Below the pieces are notes generated by a model, which saw only the letters and a list, made by a program, of their open reading frames with translations, made no database searches and was not told the DNA's origin. From Rebecca billardiae RCC1528 (Eukaryota > Protista > Haptophyta), in NCBI GenBank assembly GCA_965240325.2, contig OZ260671.1:31031-95030 (forward strand): DNA of 64,000 nt, read 5' to 3'. How positions within the stretch are numbered: the first letter of the stretch is position 1; each line of letters starts with the position of its first letter. The position numbers and the translations under genes are program-made. Below, piece by piece: positions 23,903 through 35,051 of the stretch.

Positions 23903-23934
23903 TTTTAGAAATAATATGCTATTATCATTGATAT

Positions 23935-24019
23935 GCATCTGTAGCTAAGTGGCCGAAGGCATCGGACTCATAATCCGCTTCTCAACGAGACATCGCTGGT
24001 TCAAATCCAGCCGGATGCA
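23935..24019 (+). tRNA. trnI: tRNA with CAT anticodon and long variable arm; probably tRNA-Ile(CAU, lysidine type), otherwise elongator Met
   Basis: GCATCTG/CGGATGC acceptor like plastid trnI-CAU; loop CTCATAA; variable hairpin TCTC-AAC-GAGA. Confidence 0.7.
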
Positions 24020-24045
24020 GTTTTAGGAGAATGAATGTTTAGCAT

Positions 24046-24243
24046 TTATTCTCCTTGATTAAAACTCTCTTCAAAAATATCATTCACAGATTGAACAATA
24101 ATATTTTCTTTTGAAGAAGTAGATGAAAGATCTTCAATGCTTTTTTTACGTTTCGCTAAAAAAGCTATTTGTAACGTAACAACATATCGATTTTCCGATT
24201 GATCAAGTAGATATTCTACTTTTTCAAGTAAAGGATTAGACAT
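24046..24243 (-). CDS. rpoZ: RNA polymerase omega subunit (Ycf61), divergent
   Basis: NRYVVTLQIAFLAKRKK resembles the cyanobacterial/red-algal omega motif NRY-IT-QVA-RAKRR. Confidence 0.75.
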   Translation of the reverse strand: MSNPLLEKVEYLLDQSENRYVVTLQIAFLAKRKKSIEDLSSTSSKENIIVQSVNDIFEESFNQGE

Positions 24244-24260
24244 AAGAAGTTACCGCGGCA

Positions 24261-24824
24261 CTACATACCGTCTAAATAAACATTCAAAAATTTAGCAAGG
24301 TTTGCAGCTCTTTCTTCAATTTCTTTAATTGTAGGGTTTGGAGCTAATTCAGTTAATGGAATTTCACGTTTGTCCTTTAAACAAAGAAAGATTGAAGGTA
24401 TTGAATTAAAAGATTCTGTAGATTTCAATCTAATAGATTCAACCTCAGTAATTGGATAGACAAGTTTTATCTCTCTATTACGACCAATAAAACCTTTACG
24501 AAAAATTGTGATAGTACCTTTTTGCCTATCATACGAATTTGACCCGCTGCCAACGTCTAAAAAGATAGTAAGCCAGATGAATAGACTAACTGTTATACCT
24601 AACGTACCATAAAAGAGTAGTGTAATACCCTGTGGCAGAAAAAATAGCCCAGTTAAGTCAGAGAAAGGGATGAAGTTGATTTTAAAATAGCTTGACAAAC
24701 CTGCTAAAAAAAATGCGAGCCCTCCGCTAAGTAAAACTGTAGCAAAGAGAAAATTACTAATACGGCGCGAGCCTAGTATGTATTCATACTTTACAGCATC
24801 TTCAGCATTTAAACTGTCAGACAT
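24261..24824 (-). CDS. ycf4: Photosystem I assembly protein Ycf4
   Basis: ILGSRRISNF, PQGITLLFYG, EERAANLAKFLNV. Confidence 0.97.
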   Translation of the reverse strand: MSDSLNAEDAVKYEYILGSRRISNFLFATVLLSGGLAFFLAGLSSYFKINFIPFSDLTGLFFLPQGITLLFYGTLGITVSLFIWLTIFLDVGSGSNSYDRQKGTITIFRKGFIGRNREIKLVYPITEVESIRLKSTESFNSIPSIFLCLKDKREIPLTELAPNPTIKEIEERAANLAKFLNVYLDGM

Positions 24825-24869
24825 TTATAAATTTCTAATTTAATATAATTTAACTAAGTAATAAACTTA

Positions 24870-24965
24870 TTAGATAAGTTTAATACTTCTAAGGGCATAG
24901 TAAATACCTGTAACGATGATAGCAAGACCTGTTAATAAGAAAAGATATGTAATAAAAGTACTCAT
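24870..24965 (-). CDS. petL: Cytochrome b6f subunit VI (not in ORF track)
   Basis: Manual translation MSTFITYLFLLTGLAIIVTGIYYALRSIKLI; 31 aa ending IKLI; next to ycf4. Confidence 0.9.
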   Translation of the reverse strand: MSTFITYLFLLTGLAIIVTGIYYALRSIKLI

Positions 24966-25052
24966 AGTTAAATTCTTTAAGTTTATAATAGACTGAGACC
25001 TATATTCAGTGTAAGGCCTCAGTATTTAAAAATCGGGCTGGTGGGCTCTATA

Positions 25053-25145
25053 TTACGAATAGAGAGCTCGTCCGAGGCGTATCGCTAGGATCATCCCAAC
25101 TAATGCGATACCTAAAGCGATAAAAATTTGGCTTTCTGTAATCAT
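25053..25145 (-). CDS. psaM: Photosystem I subunit XII (not in ORF track)
   Basis: Manual translation MITESQIFIALGIALVGMILAIRLGRALYS. Confidence 0.95.
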   Translation of the reverse strand: MITESQIFIALGIALVGMILAIRLGRALYS

Positions 25146-25223
25146 ACCTTCCTCTAAATCAAGTATTTAAAAATAAGAAGATTTTCTCTTTATTATAAGT
25201 TTAGTGCTACGTGTAAAGGTTGT

Positions 25224-25364
25224 TTATCTAAACCCAACTGCAGCTTGCCATACGAACGCTAATGCAAGAAATAGAACAGGGATTACCGGTAAAACGTCAA
25301 CAATAGGCTTAAATACAGCATAAGCTTCAGGTAATCGAGCAATTAATAATAAACTATTTTCCAT
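25224..25364 (-). CDS. psbK: Photosystem II subunit K (not in ORF track)
   Basis: Manual translation ...[38 protein letters not shown]. Confidence 0.98.
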   Translation of the reverse strand: MENSLLLIARLPEAYAVFKPIVDVLPVIPVLFLALAFVWQAAVGFR

Positions 25365-25556
25365 AATTGATTGTTAATCCTTTATACAACAAACTGTATT
25401 TAAGTATATAACAAAAATAGTGATATTTACTAAATCGTTTGGTAATAATTTATGTTTCAATTGATCTATTGTGTTTAATTATTTAATTTTAAAATATGCT
25501 ATAATTCGTTATAACAATCCATAGAATATAATTTTGAACATATTAAGCCTTTAAAT

Positions 25557-25742
25557 ATGATTGCCGCTATACAATTATCAACAAGCATATTAATTTTAGT
25601 TTCATTTGTTTTAGTTGTTGGAGTTCCTGTTGTACTTGCAACACCTGGCCAATGGGAAACTTCAAAAGGTACTGTTTTTCAAGGTACTGCTTTATGGGCT
25701 TTACTAGTTATACTTACAAGTTTTCTAAATTCACAAGCATAA
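25557..25742 (+). CDS. psbZ: Photosystem II subunit Z
   Basis: SFVLVVGVPVVLATPGQWETSK. Confidence 0.96.
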   Translation: MIAAIQLSTSILILVSFVLVVGVPVVLATPGQWETSKGTVFQGTALWALLVILTSFLNSQA

Positions 25743-25845
25743 AAAGCACATTTTTTAAGTGAGGAGTAAAGAAAATTCTCACTTAAAGAAAAAATCTTTA
25801 TTTATTTTATTTTTTATGTTAATATATTAATTAAATAAAACCAAT

Positions 25846-25919
25846 GGGTTTGTAGTTCAATTGGTTAGAGCACCGCCCTGTCACGGCGGAAGTTGCGGGT
25901 TCGAGTCCCGTCAGACCCG
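25846..25919 (+). tRNA. trnD: tRNA-Asp(GTC)
   Basis: CCGCC-CTGTCAC-GGCGG anticodon arm. Confidence 0.97.
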
Positions 25920-25953
25920 TATAAGTATTAAAATAAAGATAAAAAAGAAATAA

Positions 25954-26337
25954 ATGATAAATATAAACTTCGGTTCTAATTTTATTCTTGGTTGTTTTGT
26001 GAGTGTAATAGGTATTGCATTATATTCAGTAAGATTCTTAAACCCTAAAGTATCGGAAGAAAAGGATATATTTTTCTCAACACTTTTTTTGTTATACAGT
26101 GGAATTATTATAATTCATGGCTGGAGGCTAGATCCTATCTTATTTTTTTCGCAGATATTAATAGTTTTCTTATCAATAAGTTTTTTTAGTGAGAACCTGA
26201 GCCTACGCATTCAATTATTAAAACAAAAGAAAAGAAAGGTTATTAAAGCTCAGTATAAGAAAAAGCCAGTACCAATTTATGATTATAGCGAAGAAGACGA
26301 AGACGACCCAAACGACATTTTTAAGATCTTTAGTTAA
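25954..26337 (+). CDS. ycf66: Ycf66 family membrane protein
   Basis: N-terminal MININFG and DIFFS...HGWRLDPILFFSQ signature. Confidence 0.88.
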   Translation: MININFGSNFILGCFVSVIGIALYSVRFLNPKVSEEKDIFFSTLFLLYSGIIIIHGWRLDPILFFSQILIVFLSISFFSENLSLRIQLLKQKKRKVIKAQYKKKPVPIYDYSEEDEDDPNDIFKIFS

Positions 26338-26446
26338 GCTTAAAAATGAGAATTACCCTTTGCTTAAGGAATTAATCAGTCATAATAAAATTATGATAAA
26401 ATACTCTCATCAAAGAAAAATCTAGAAGAAAGTGAGTATTTAATCT

Positions 26447-28927
26447 ATGTTTGAAAGATTCACAGAAAAAGCGATTAAAGTTATTATGCTAGCGCAAGAG
26501 GAATCACGCAGGCTGGGCCATAACTTTGTCGGTACTGAACAAATTTTATTAGGCTTAATTGGTGAAGGGACCGGTTTAGCTTTTAAAGTTCTAAACTCAA
26601 TGGGCGTTACTTTAAAAGATGCCCGCGTAGAAGTTGAAAAAATAATTGGCCGAGGCACGGGTTTTGTTGCTGTTGAAATACCTTTCACACCACGCGCAAA
26701 ACGTGTATTAGAGCTTTCATTAGAGGAAGCACGCCAACTAGGTCACAACTACATTGGAACAGAGCACTTATTGCTAGGTTTAATCCGAGAAAATGAAGGT
26801 GTTGCTGCAAGAGTTTTAGAAAACCTAGGGGTGGTTTTTTTATCAAAACTACGAACACAAGTTATTCGTTCATTAGGTGAAGCTGCTGAAGTTTCCGTTG
26901 GAAGCAGTCAAAGTCGAAGTAAAACACCTACTTTAGAAGAGTTTGGTAGTAACCTAACAGAAAAAGCTGAAGAAGGTAAGCTAGACCCAGTAGTTGGCCG
27001 TGAAAAAGAAATTGAGCGTGTAATTCAAATTTTAGGCAGAAGAACAAAAAACAATCCCATCCTTATCGGTGAACCTGGTGTTGGAAAAACGTCTATTGCA
27101 GAAGGTTTAGCACAAAGAATTATTGCAAGAGACGTACCAGATATTCTTGAAGATAAACGCGTTGTTACCTTAGATATAGGTTTACTTGTTGCTGGTACTA
27201 AATACCGCGGTGAGTTTGAGGAACGCTTAAAGAAAATTATGGAGGAAATTCGTTCAAATAGTAATGTAATATTAGTAATTGACGAAGTACATACATTAAT
27301 CGGAGCAGGTGCTGCAGAAGGTGCAATCGACGCAGCAAATATTTTAAAGCCTGCACTAGCTCGAGGCGAACTACAATGTATCGGAGCAACAACTTTAGAA
27401 GAATATCGCAAGCACATTGAAAAAGACGCTGCACTTGAGCGACGTTTTCAACCAGTAATGGTAGGTGAGCCTAGCGTAGACGAAACAATTGAAATCTTAT
27501 TCGGATTACGTGAGCGCTATGAAAAGCACCACAAGCTAAAAATCGAAGACGATGCTGTTCGTGCAGCTGCGAAACTAGGTGATCAGTATATTGCTGACAG
27601 ATTTTTACCAGATAAGGCGATCGACTTAATAGATGAAGCAGGGTCTAGAGTACGATTATTAAATTCCCAACTACCCCCAGCTGCCAAAGAATTAGACAAA
27701 GAATTACGCGACATTCTTAAAGAAAAAGATGAGACTGTAAGAAACCAAGATTTCGAAAAAGCTGGCCAACTTCGTGACCGCGAAATGGAAATTAAAGCAC
27801 AAATAAGTTTAATTGCCCAGAATAAAGACGAAGGCGAGCAAACTGTGACAAACCGAGATGATATAAAAGTAACTGAAGAAGATATTGCTGAAATTGTAGC
27901 ATCTTGGACAGGGATTCCAGTAAATAAGCTAACTAAGAGTGAATCAGAAAAGCTTATGAACATGGAAGAAACATTACACAGCCGAATCATTGGTCAAGAC
28001 GAGGCTGTAGTTGCTGTTTCACGTGCTATTAGACGAGCTCGAGTAGGTTTAAAGAGCCCGAATCGACCTATCGCAAGTTTTATTTTCTCAGGCCCAACAG
28101 GTGTTGGTAAGACTGAGTTAACAAAAGCTCTAGCTTCATATTTCTTTGGATCTGTAGAAGCTATGGTACGATTAGATATGTCTGAGTATATGGAGCGTCA
28201 TACAGTTTCAAAGCTTATTGGTTCACCACCTGGTTATGTAGGATACAGTGAAGGGGGGCAATTAACAGAAGCTGTGCGAAGAAGACCATACAGTGTTGTA
28301 CTTTTTGACGAGATCGAGAAGGCACACCCAGATGTATTTAACTTACTACTACAAATCTTTGAAGATGGTCGATTAACAGATTCGAAAGGTCGAACAATCG
28401 ATTTCAAAAACACATTACTTATCCTAACATCAAACATTGGTTCAAAAGTAATTGAAAAAGGTGGTGGTGGTTTAGGTTTTGAGTTTTCTGAAGACCAAAC
28501 AGAATCTCACTACAACCGTATTAAATTACTAGTAAATGAAGAATTAAAGCAATACTTTAGACCTGAGTTCTTAAACCGTTTAGATGAGATTATAGTATTC
28601 CGACAACTAACGAAGGATGAAGTAGGCCAAATTGCAGAAATTATGCTACGTGAAGTTTTTGACCGAATAGCGAAAAAAGGTATACATTTAGAAGTTACTG
28701 AAAAGTTTAAGTCAAGACTTATAGATGAAGGATTTAATCCTAGTTACGGAGCTCGACCATTACGTCGTGCTGTCCAGCGAATGCTAGAAGATAGCTTAGC
28801 AGAAGAAGTATTATCATCACGCGTAGGTGAAGGTGACACAATAGTAATTGATGCAGATGAAAATGGAAAAGCATTAATTCTAAAGAGTGGCACACAAAAT
28901 GAAAATGTAAACGAACTTGTTACATAA
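26447..28927 (+). CDS. clpC: Clp protease ATPase subunit
   Basis: [19 protein letters not shown]; two Walker A motifs GEPGVGKT and GPTGVGKT. Confidence 0.99.
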   Translation: MFERFTEKAIKVIMLAQEESRRLGHNFVGTEQILLGLIGEGTGLAFKVLNSMGVTLKDARVEVEKIIGRGTGFVAVEIPFTPRAKRVLELSLEEARQLGHNYIGTEHLLLGLIRENEGVAARVLENLGVVFLSKLRTQVIRSLGEAAEVSVGSSQSRSKTPTLEEFGSNLTEKAEEGKLDPVVGREKEIERVIQILGRRTKNNPILIGEPGVGKTSIAEGLAQRIIARDVPDILEDKRVVTLDIGLLVAGTKYRGEFEERLKKIMEEIRSNSNVILVIDEVHTLIGAGAAEGAIDAANILKPALARGELQCIGATTLEEYRKHIEKDAALERRFQPVMVGEPSVDETIEILFGLRERYEKHHKLKIEDDAVRAAAKLGDQYIADRFLPDKAIDLIDEAGSRVRLLNSQLPPAAKELDKELRDILKEKDETVRNQDFEKAGQLRDREMEIKAQISLIAQNKDEGEQTVTNRDDIKVTEEDIAEIVASWTGIPVNKLTKSESEKLMNMEETLHSRIIGQDEAVVAVSRAIRRARVGLKSPNRPIASFIFSGPTGVGKTELTKALASYFFGSVEAMVRLDMSEYMERHTVSKLIGSPPGYVGYSEGGQLTEAVRRRPYSVVLFDEIEKAHPDVFNLLLQIFEDGRLTDSKGRTIDFKNTLLILTSNIGSKVIEKGGGGLGFEFSEDQTESHYNRIKLLVNEELKQYFRPEFLNRLDEIIVFRQLTKDEVGQIAEIMLREVFDRIAKKGIHLEVTEKFKSRLIDEGFNPSYGARPLRRAVQRMLEDSLAEEVLSSRVGEGDTIVIDADENGKALILKSGTQNENVNELVT

Positions 28928-28930
28928 AAA

Positions 28931-28962
28931 AAAAAAGGCTGGCCAAAAGGCCAGCCTTTTTT
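28931..28962. terminator. Bidirectional terminator between clpC and petD
   Basis: AAAAAAGGCTGGCC-aaaa-GGCCAGCCTTTTTT. Confidence 0.9.
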
Positions 28963-28980
28963 ATTTATATTGATTATTGG

Positions 28981-29463
28981 TTAAAAGAACCCTAGAGTTA
29001 GAGCTTGAGAGATAGGCATAGTTGCCCCGATACCTAACCAAATAGCAACAAAAGTACCAACGATAAATGTTAGTGAAGCAATAGGTCGGCGGAAAGGGTT
29101 TTGGAATTTATTTACGTTCTCTAGGAAAGGAACAGTAATAAGTCCTGCTGGAACAGCTGCCATACTTAGAACCCCAAGTAACTTGTTAGGGATAACGCGT
29201 AATAAGTTAAATGTAGGGAAGAAGTACCACTCTGGAAGAATTTCTAAAGGTGTAGCAAACGGGCCAGCTTTTTCACCAAGAGCAGAAGGCTCTAATACTG
29301 AAAGGCCAACGATACAAGCGATTGTACCAAGAATAACTACTGGGAAAACGTAAAGTAGGTCATTAGGCCATGCTGGCTCACCATAGTAGTTGTGACCCAT
29401 ACCTTTTGCAAGCTTAGCACGAAGCTTAGCATCTGTTAAATCTGGTTTTTTTAAGATAGACAT
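28981..29463 (-). CDS. petD: Cytochrome b6f subunit IV
   Basis: [23 protein letters not shown]. Confidence 0.99.
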   Translation of the reverse strand: MSILKKPDLTDAKLRAKLAKGMGHNYYGEPAWPNDLLYVFPVVILGTIACIVGLSVLEPSALGEKAGPFATPLEILPEWYFFPTFNLLRVIPNKLLGVLSMAAVPAGLITVPFLENVNKFQNPFRRPIASLTFIVGTFVAIWLGIGATMPISQALTLGFF

Positions 29464-29514
29464 AAGAGCTCCTTATTTAAATTTTATGTTAGGCTATATT
29501 TGCATACGCTCAAT

Positions 29515-30162
29515 TTATAGAGGTCCTGAGATACCTTGCTTTCTAATCATAAGGAAGTGCGCAAGCATAACAACTGCTGCAAGAGCAGGAAGCACAAAAG
29601 TGTGTAAACTGTAGAAACGTGTTAAAGTTGGTTGACCAACAGCAAGACCACCACGAAGAAGTTGTACAATAGTTCCACCAACTACTGGAACTGCGTCTGG
29701 AACACCCGTTACAATCTTACAAGCCCAGTAACCTACTTGGTCCCAAGGTAGTGAGTAACCAGTTACACCAAATGATACTGTAAGTACTGCAAGAATAACA
29801 CCTGTAACCCAAGTAAGCTCACGTGGCTTTTTGAAACCACCAGTTAAGTAAACTCGGAAAACGTGTAATAACATAGAAAGTACCATCATACTAGCTGACC
29901 AACGGTGAACAGAACGGATTAACCATCCAAAATTTACACTAGTCATTAAGTACTCAACAGAAGCGAATGCATCAGTAACCGTAGGACGGTAGTAGAATGT
30001 CATTGCGAAACCTGTCGCTACCTGAATAATGAAGCAAACAAAAGTAATACCACCTAAGCAGTAGAAAATGTTAACGTGCGGGGGAACATATTTGCTTGAA
30101 ATGTCATCTGCAATAGCTTGAATTTCAAGACGTTCTTCGAACCAATCGTAGACTTTACTCAT
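29515..30162 (-). CDS. petB: Cytochrome b6 (start corrected to MSKVYDWF)
   Basis: 215 aa; [22 protein letters not shown]. Confidence 0.99.
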   Translation of the reverse strand: MSKVYDWFEERLEIQAIADDISSKYVPPHVNIFYCLGGITFVCFIIQVATGFAMTFYYRPTVTDAFASVEYLMTSVNFGWLIRSVHRWSASMMVLSMLLHVFRVYLTGGFKKPRELTWVTGVILAVLTVSFGVTGYSLPWDQVGYWACKIVTGVPDAVPVVGGTIVQLLRGGLAVGQPTLTRFYSLHTFVLPALAAVVMLAHFLMIRKQGISGPL

Positions 30163-30387
30163 AATAATATAATAATTAAATTTAGATGTAGATCTGTATA
30201 TTTGTAAAAAAAAAGCACTGATAAGCAAATGAAGAAAAAATTCTTCATAAAAGAAATTCTATGTCAGTTATTTATACGACAAAATCACCTAAATTAATTA
30301 TAATTCATAATTAAGGAAAAATAAACTTGGTAAAGCGAAATAGTTTTATACCAGGATTGAATTAATAAATAAATTGTAAAAAATAAT

Positions 30388-31383
30388 ATGAATTATTCGT
30401 TAAGCCTTCAAAATATTGCCGAGAACACAGCATTTCTATCCTTTATGGTTGGAATGGTGTTCGCGTGGGCAAGTTTAATATTTGTAAATAATAAATCTAT
30501 TTTAAAGATTGACTATATCGCTAATATAATCGGCTGTACTACTTTAGCCGGTTTACTTGCGGAACGTTGGATAACAGCACACTATTTTCCTATAAGTAAC
30601 TTATACGAGTCAATGCTTTTTTTAGCATGGGGTCTAAGTTTTGGTAGTTTAGTAATAAGAAGCCAAGTAAAAACACGATTAATTAGTGCAATTGTAACAC
30701 CAATTGTAACGTCTATTATAGCTTTTGCTAGCTTAATTCTACCTGAAGAAATGCAGCAACCGATTCCATTAATTCCAGCCTTAAAATCAAACTGGTTATT
30801 GATGCACGTAAGTGTAATGATGGTAAGTTATGCAACTTTATTAATCGGTTGTTTATTTGCGATAGCTTTTCTAATACTATCACAAGGAAAAGAAGTAATA
30901 CTTCAAGGAAACTCATTAAATAATGTTGGTAAAAATGAACCGCAACCTGTGATGGTAATGAATTTTCAGGCGCAATCAACAAGTATAGCGATACCGCCAG
31001 AAGAAGAAAATGAAAATAGAAAAATACCAAACGAACTAAATGGGGCTGGAAATACAAAATTAATAAACCTACTAGAAAGTTTTGATAACATAAGCTATCG
31101 ATTTATTGGCTTAGGATTTCCATTTTTAACATTAGGAATTATTTCTGGTGCAGTTTGGGCAAACCAAGCCTGGGGATCTTACTGGAGCTGGGACCCGAAA
31201 GAAACATGGGCTTTAATAGCATGGCTTGTTTTTGCAACATATTTACACACTCGTATAAGCAAATCTTGGCAAGGGCGTAAACCTGCATATATTGCAACTC
31301 TAGGGTTTATTACAGTTTGGATTTGCTATTTAGGTGTAAATTTCCTGGGTAAAGGTTTACATAGCTACGGATGGGTTTTATAA
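30388..31383 (+). CDS. ccsA: Cytochrome c biogenesis protein
   Basis: WWD domain WANQAWGSYWSWDPKETW; GLHSYG. Confidence 0.99.
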   Translation: MNYSLSLQNIAENTAFLSFMVGMVFAWASLIFVNNKSILKIDYIANIIGCTTLAGLLAERWITAHYFPISNLYESMLFLAWGLSFGSLVIRSQVKTRLISAIVTPIVTSIIAFASLILPEEMQQPIPLIPALKSNWLLMHVSVMMVSYATLLIGCLFAIAFLILSQGKEVILQGNSLNNVGKNEPQPVMVMNFQAQSTSIAIPPEEENENRKIPNELNGAGNTKLINLLESFDNISYRFIGLGFPFLTLGIISGAVWANQAWGSYWSWDPKETWALIAWLVFATYLHTRISKSWQGRKPAYIATLGFITVWICYLGVNFLGKGLHSYGWVL

Positions 31384-31528
31384 GTAAAAAAAGCTGGTCT
31401 TACTAAAAAAGGTTAAAAATTAGTTATAATAATTGAAAGATTTCTCTTAAAAATTAAAGAATTAAATATTTTAGAACCTTATAAATTTAATTTTTTAAAA
31501 GCCCTAATTTTCTGAATAAAAAAAAACT

Positions 31529-32023
31529 ATGTCAAAAAAACACTACTTCGGTTTTATATTAGGCCTATGCGTTTCTTTCTTAAGTTACTCAACGCAACCA
31601 GCGCAAGCTGTAGAGTTAGATGAAGATATTAGAACAGTACCTCTAAACGCAAAAGGGGCAACTACTGTTTTAAGTAATGAGCAAGTTAAGCGTGGAAAGC
31701 GACTTTTCAACACTACTTGTGCAACATGTCACAACGGTGGAATTACTCGAACAAACCCTAACGTAGGTCTAGACCCTGAAGCATTAAGTTTCGCTACGCC
31801 TTCACGTGATAATATTGAAGCGCTTGTTAGTTACATGAAATCTCCAACAACTTATGACGGGTTAGAATCAATTTCAGAGACTCACCCAAGTATTCAAAGT
31901 GCGGACATTTTCCCTAAGATGAGAACTTTAACTGACGAAGACCTTTTCGCTATTTCTGGACACATTCTACTACAACCTAAGGTAGTTTCTGAGAAATGGG
32001 GTGGAGGAAAAATCTACTATTAA
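31529..32023 (+). CDS. psbV: Cytochrome c550
   Basis: CATCHNGG heme motif; KWGGGKIYY. Confidence 0.98.
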   Translation: MSKKHYFGFILGLCVSFLSYSTQPAQAVELDEDIRTVPLNAKGATTVLSNEQVKRGKRLFNTTCATCHNGGITRTNPNVGLDPEALSFATPSRDNIEALVSYMKSPTTYDGLESISETHPSIQSADIFPKMRTLTDEDLFAISGHILLQPKVVSEKWGGGKIYY

Positions 32024-32182
32024 AACGTTGAAATTAACGTAAGCTAAGCCATTTTATTATAAAAAAAATGATAAAATGGCATTAGGCTATCTATAGCACT
32101 ACGGCCAATAAAGGAACTATATATATTACAAAAGAATAAAATTTGCCAGGAAATAAAAATTTTGCTAAAATTCTGACATATC

Positions 32183-32189
32183 TGCGGGA

Positions 32190-32227
<38 letters not shown>

Positions 32228-32256
32228 AGTCAATGGTTCAAATCCATTTCCCGCTA
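32183..32256 (+). tRNA. trnfM: Initiator tRNA-fMet(CAT)
   Basis: 1:72 mismatch, three G-C pairs (GGG/CCC) in anticodon stem, CTCATAA loop. Confidence 0.95.
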
Positions 32257-32407
32257 ATTAGTTGTATTTTACTAGGTATTATTTTACATAATGAAAGAAT
32301 TTGGTTTGAATGAAAAGCAAAATTTAAATTTTTATACTTATGAAATATAGTTTAAATAGAAAAATTTAACTATACTTAAAATAATAAGTAAAACAATTTA
32401 AAAAGTA

Positions 32408-33145
32408 ATGACCTCAGAAACATATGAAACGTTATCTAATGACGTAGAAATGTCTTTTTCCGAACACGTTGAAGAATTTCGACAGAGGCTGTTTTTTTCG
32501 TTCGCCATGTACGTCGTAATATCTCTAGGGTGTTTCTATTTTTTAAATAGCATCGTAGATATTGTAAAAAGCCCTGCTGTTGGAGTAAAATTCTTCCAAT
32601 TTGCACCGGGAGAGTACTTTTTTACTTCTATAAAATTAGTGCTATATTGCGGTCTTGTGCTAAGTAGCCCTTTATTTATTTACCAAATTGTGCTATTTTT
32701 AATACCTGGTATGACTTACCAGGAGCAGAAGATCTTAATTCCCGTTCTTTTAGCATCGTACGTATTATTTGGATTTGGTTTAATATTTTCTTATAAACTA
32801 TTAATACCGAGTGCACTAAAATTCTTCTTACAATATGGAGCAAATGTTGTTGACCCGTTATGGTCGTTTGAACAATATTTTGAATTTTTTTCTTTTTTAG
32901 CATTTACTTGTGGGTTAGGTTTTCAAATCCCTATTGTTCAACTTATACTTTGCCTAACGAACGTTATTAAACCACAAAATTTAGTCGATTCGTGGAGATA
33001 CGTAATTTTAGGCTCAACAATTTTAGCTGCTGTTTTAACACCAACAGTAGACCCTTTAACGCAATTATTCTTGTCGTTAGCTTTTTTAGGCTTATACTTT
33101 ACTGGTTACATTCTATCCTTGGCTATAAAAGGAAACGGAAGGTAA
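32408..33145 (+). CDS. tatC: Sec-independent translocase TatC (Ycf43)
   Basis: MSFSEHVEEFRQR, APGEYFF, AAVLTPTVDP; adjacent to petA. Confidence 0.97.
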   Translation: MTSETYETLSNDVEMSFSEHVEEFRQRLFFSFAMYVVISLGCFYFLNSIVDIVKSPAVGVKFFQFAPGEYFFTSIKLVLYCGLVLSSPLFIYQIVLFLIPGMTYQEQKILIPVLLASYVLFGFGLIFSYKLLIPSALKFFLQYGANVVDPLWSFEQYFEFFSFLAFTCGLGFQIPIVQLILCLTNVIKPQNLVDSWRYVILGSTILAAVLTPTVDPLTQLFLSLAFLGLYFTGYILSLAIKGNGR

Positions 33146-33292
33146 AAAAAAAGGAATAAGTACCGAGCAAAGCAGAATAGGTATTATAATTAATAGTACA
33201 GAAAATTTAAAAAGTTAATTTAAGAGAATATAATAATAGAAACATATTGTGTTTCGGTCTTGAAGTTAATTTTTGCATAATAAACATTAAAG

Positions 33293-34237
33293 ATGAAAAA
33301 TTTATTTACCAAAAAAGCGAATATCATTGTAAGTTCTCTAATGGCTTTTATAAGTTTTTTAATTCCATTTGAGAATTGTTCAGCATTTCCAGTATATGCA
33401 CAGCAAGCATACGCTAGTCCACGTGAAGCTACAGGAAGACTTGTTTGCGCAAACTGTCACCTAGCTCAAAAGCCAGTGGAAATTGAAGCACCAACATCAG
33501 TACTACCAGATACAGTTTTTGAAGCTGTATTAAAAGTTCCATACGCAGATGGCTTAAAGCAAGTACAAGCAAACGGGACAAAAGGTGGGTTAAATGTAGG
33601 TGGGATTGTAATCCTACCTGAAGGTTTCAAACTAGCTCCAAAAGACCGATTATCGGCGGAATTAAAAGCAAAAACGAAAGGTGTATTTATCCAACCATAC
33701 AGTGATGAAAAGCCTAATATCTTAGTAGTAGGTCCTATTCCTGGAGATAACCACCGAGAAATTACTTTCCCAATCCAATCTCCAAACCCTGCCCAAGATA
33801 AGAACACTTTCTTTATCAAGTACCCTATTTATGTAGGGGGTAACAGAGGACGTGGTCAAGTAAACCCAAATGGTGAAAAGACAAACAATACTGTATACGC
33901 TTCATCTTCTGCAGGAAAAGTTCAGTCTATTGAAAAAGACGAAAAAGGACGTTACACAGTAGTTATTAAAACAGATAACAACAATGTGGACGAAAAGATT
34001 CCAGCAGGGTTAGAAGTATCAGTACGTAAAGGGGATTTTGTAAAAGTAGATCAACCTTTAACTTACGATCCTAACGTTGGTGGTTTTGGTCAGAACGAAA
34101 CGGAAATTGTACTGCAAAGTGCAAACCGTGTAATCGCACTTGTTGCATTCTTCTTTACAGTAGTAATGTCACAGACATTCTTCGTATTAAAGAAAAAGCA
34201 ATATGAGAAAGTTCAAGCAGCAGAAATGAACTTCTAA
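33293..34237 (+). CDS. petA: Apocytochrome f
   Basis: [31 protein letters not shown]. Confidence 0.99.
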   Translation: MKNLFTKKANIIVSSLMAFISFLIPFENCSAFPVYAQQAYASPREATGRLVCANCHLAQKPVEIEAPTSVLPDTVFEAVLKVPYADGLKQVQANGTKGGLNVGGIVILPEGFKLAPKDRLSAELKAKTKGVFIQPYSDEKPNILVVGPIPGDNHREITFPIQSPNPAQDKNTFFIKYPIYVGGNRGRGQVNPNGEKTNNTVYASSSAGKVQSIEKDEKGRYTVVIKTDNNNVDEKIPAGLEVSVRKGDFVKVDQPLTYDPNVGGFGQNETEIVLQSANRVIALVAFFFTVVMSQTFFVLKKKQYEKVQAAEMNF

Positions 34238-34248
34238 TAAAAAAAAAA

Positions 34249-34299
34249 TGAAAAAATTAATAAAATGAAGCTTAAAACTTCACTTTATTAATTTTTTCA
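34249..34299. terminator. Long AT-rich hairpin between convergent petA and rps4
   Basis: TGAAAAAATTAATAAA..TGAAG / CTTCA..TTTATTAATTTTTTCA. Confidence 0.75.
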
Positions 34300-34300
34300 A

Positions 34301-34900
34301 TTAAATCTTACGTGAGTAGTACTCAACAACAAGAAGCTCTTTTAAATTAACTCCAACCCAATCACGTTCTACAATACCTTTTAATTTACCAGTCATTGTT
34401 TTTTTATCTAAATCAATATGAGGAGGTACTTGTAATAAAGTGGGTGTCTCGAACGACTTTTTAACGAGTTCTACAGAAGTAGGATTATCTTTAACAGAAA
34501 TAATATCACCTGGCTTACAACTATAGCTAGGAATAGAAACAACGCTATTTTTTATGCATATATGTCCGTGGCGGATTAACTGGCGAGCTGCCGGTATTGT
34601 TGGTGCAAAGCCCATACGGAATACAGTATTATCTAGACGCATTTCAAGCATTTGTAATAAAATCTCACCTGTTGGACCTTTGCAACGTTTAGCAGATTTC
34701 ATATAATTTAAGAGTTGTTTTTCACCAATACCATAATTAAAACGTATTTTTTGTTTCTCTTCTAAACGAATACCATAAGAAGATGTTTTTTTACGAAAAT
34801 TATTACTCTTTACGTTATTGGAGATAGACTTACGTGTAAAGCCAGGTAGTTCACCTAAGCGACGTATTTTTTTTAAGCGTGGACCTAAATATCTAGACAT
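34301..34900 (-). CDS. rps4: 30S ribosomal protein S4
   Basis: MSRYLGPRLK, LEMRLDN, LVVEYYSR. Confidence 0.99.
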   Translation of the reverse strand: MSRYLGPRLKKIRRLGELPGFTRKSISNNVKSNNFRKKTSSYGIRLEEKQKIRFNYGIGEKQLLNYMKSAKRCKGPTGEILLQMLEMRLDNTVFRMGFAPTIPAARQLIRHGHICIKNSVVSIPSYSCKPGDIISVKDNPTSVELVKKSFETPTLLQVPPHIDLDKKTMTGKLKGIVERDWVGVNLKELLVVEYYSRKI

Positions 34901-35051
34901 ATTTATTTATATGTATTTAAAAATTTTTATACTATCAAAGTTATGTACTATGTATATATATTTAAAAAGGGGAATAAAATAAAAACTAAATAAATATATA
35001 CGAATATTCTACCAAAAATTAGAATTAGTTAAAAGTTTTTTTGTAAAAAAC

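Noticed and set aside
24990-25050. GC-richer hairpin between psaM and petL as an ncRNA
   Set aside because: An imperfect ACTGAG...CTCAGT stem after the psaM stop is adequately explained as a 3' hairpin.
26825-26850. One-residue insertion in ClpC (GVVFLSK versus usual GVDLSK)
   Set aside because: It lies in a T homopolymer within a variable linker and keeps the frame; it cannot be told from trivial variation or error.
29255-29275. PetD AGPFATP (usual ANP/ADP) and other odd residues as evidence of RNA editing
   Set aside because: The unusual codons across genes do not share a single conversion type; untestable without transcripts.
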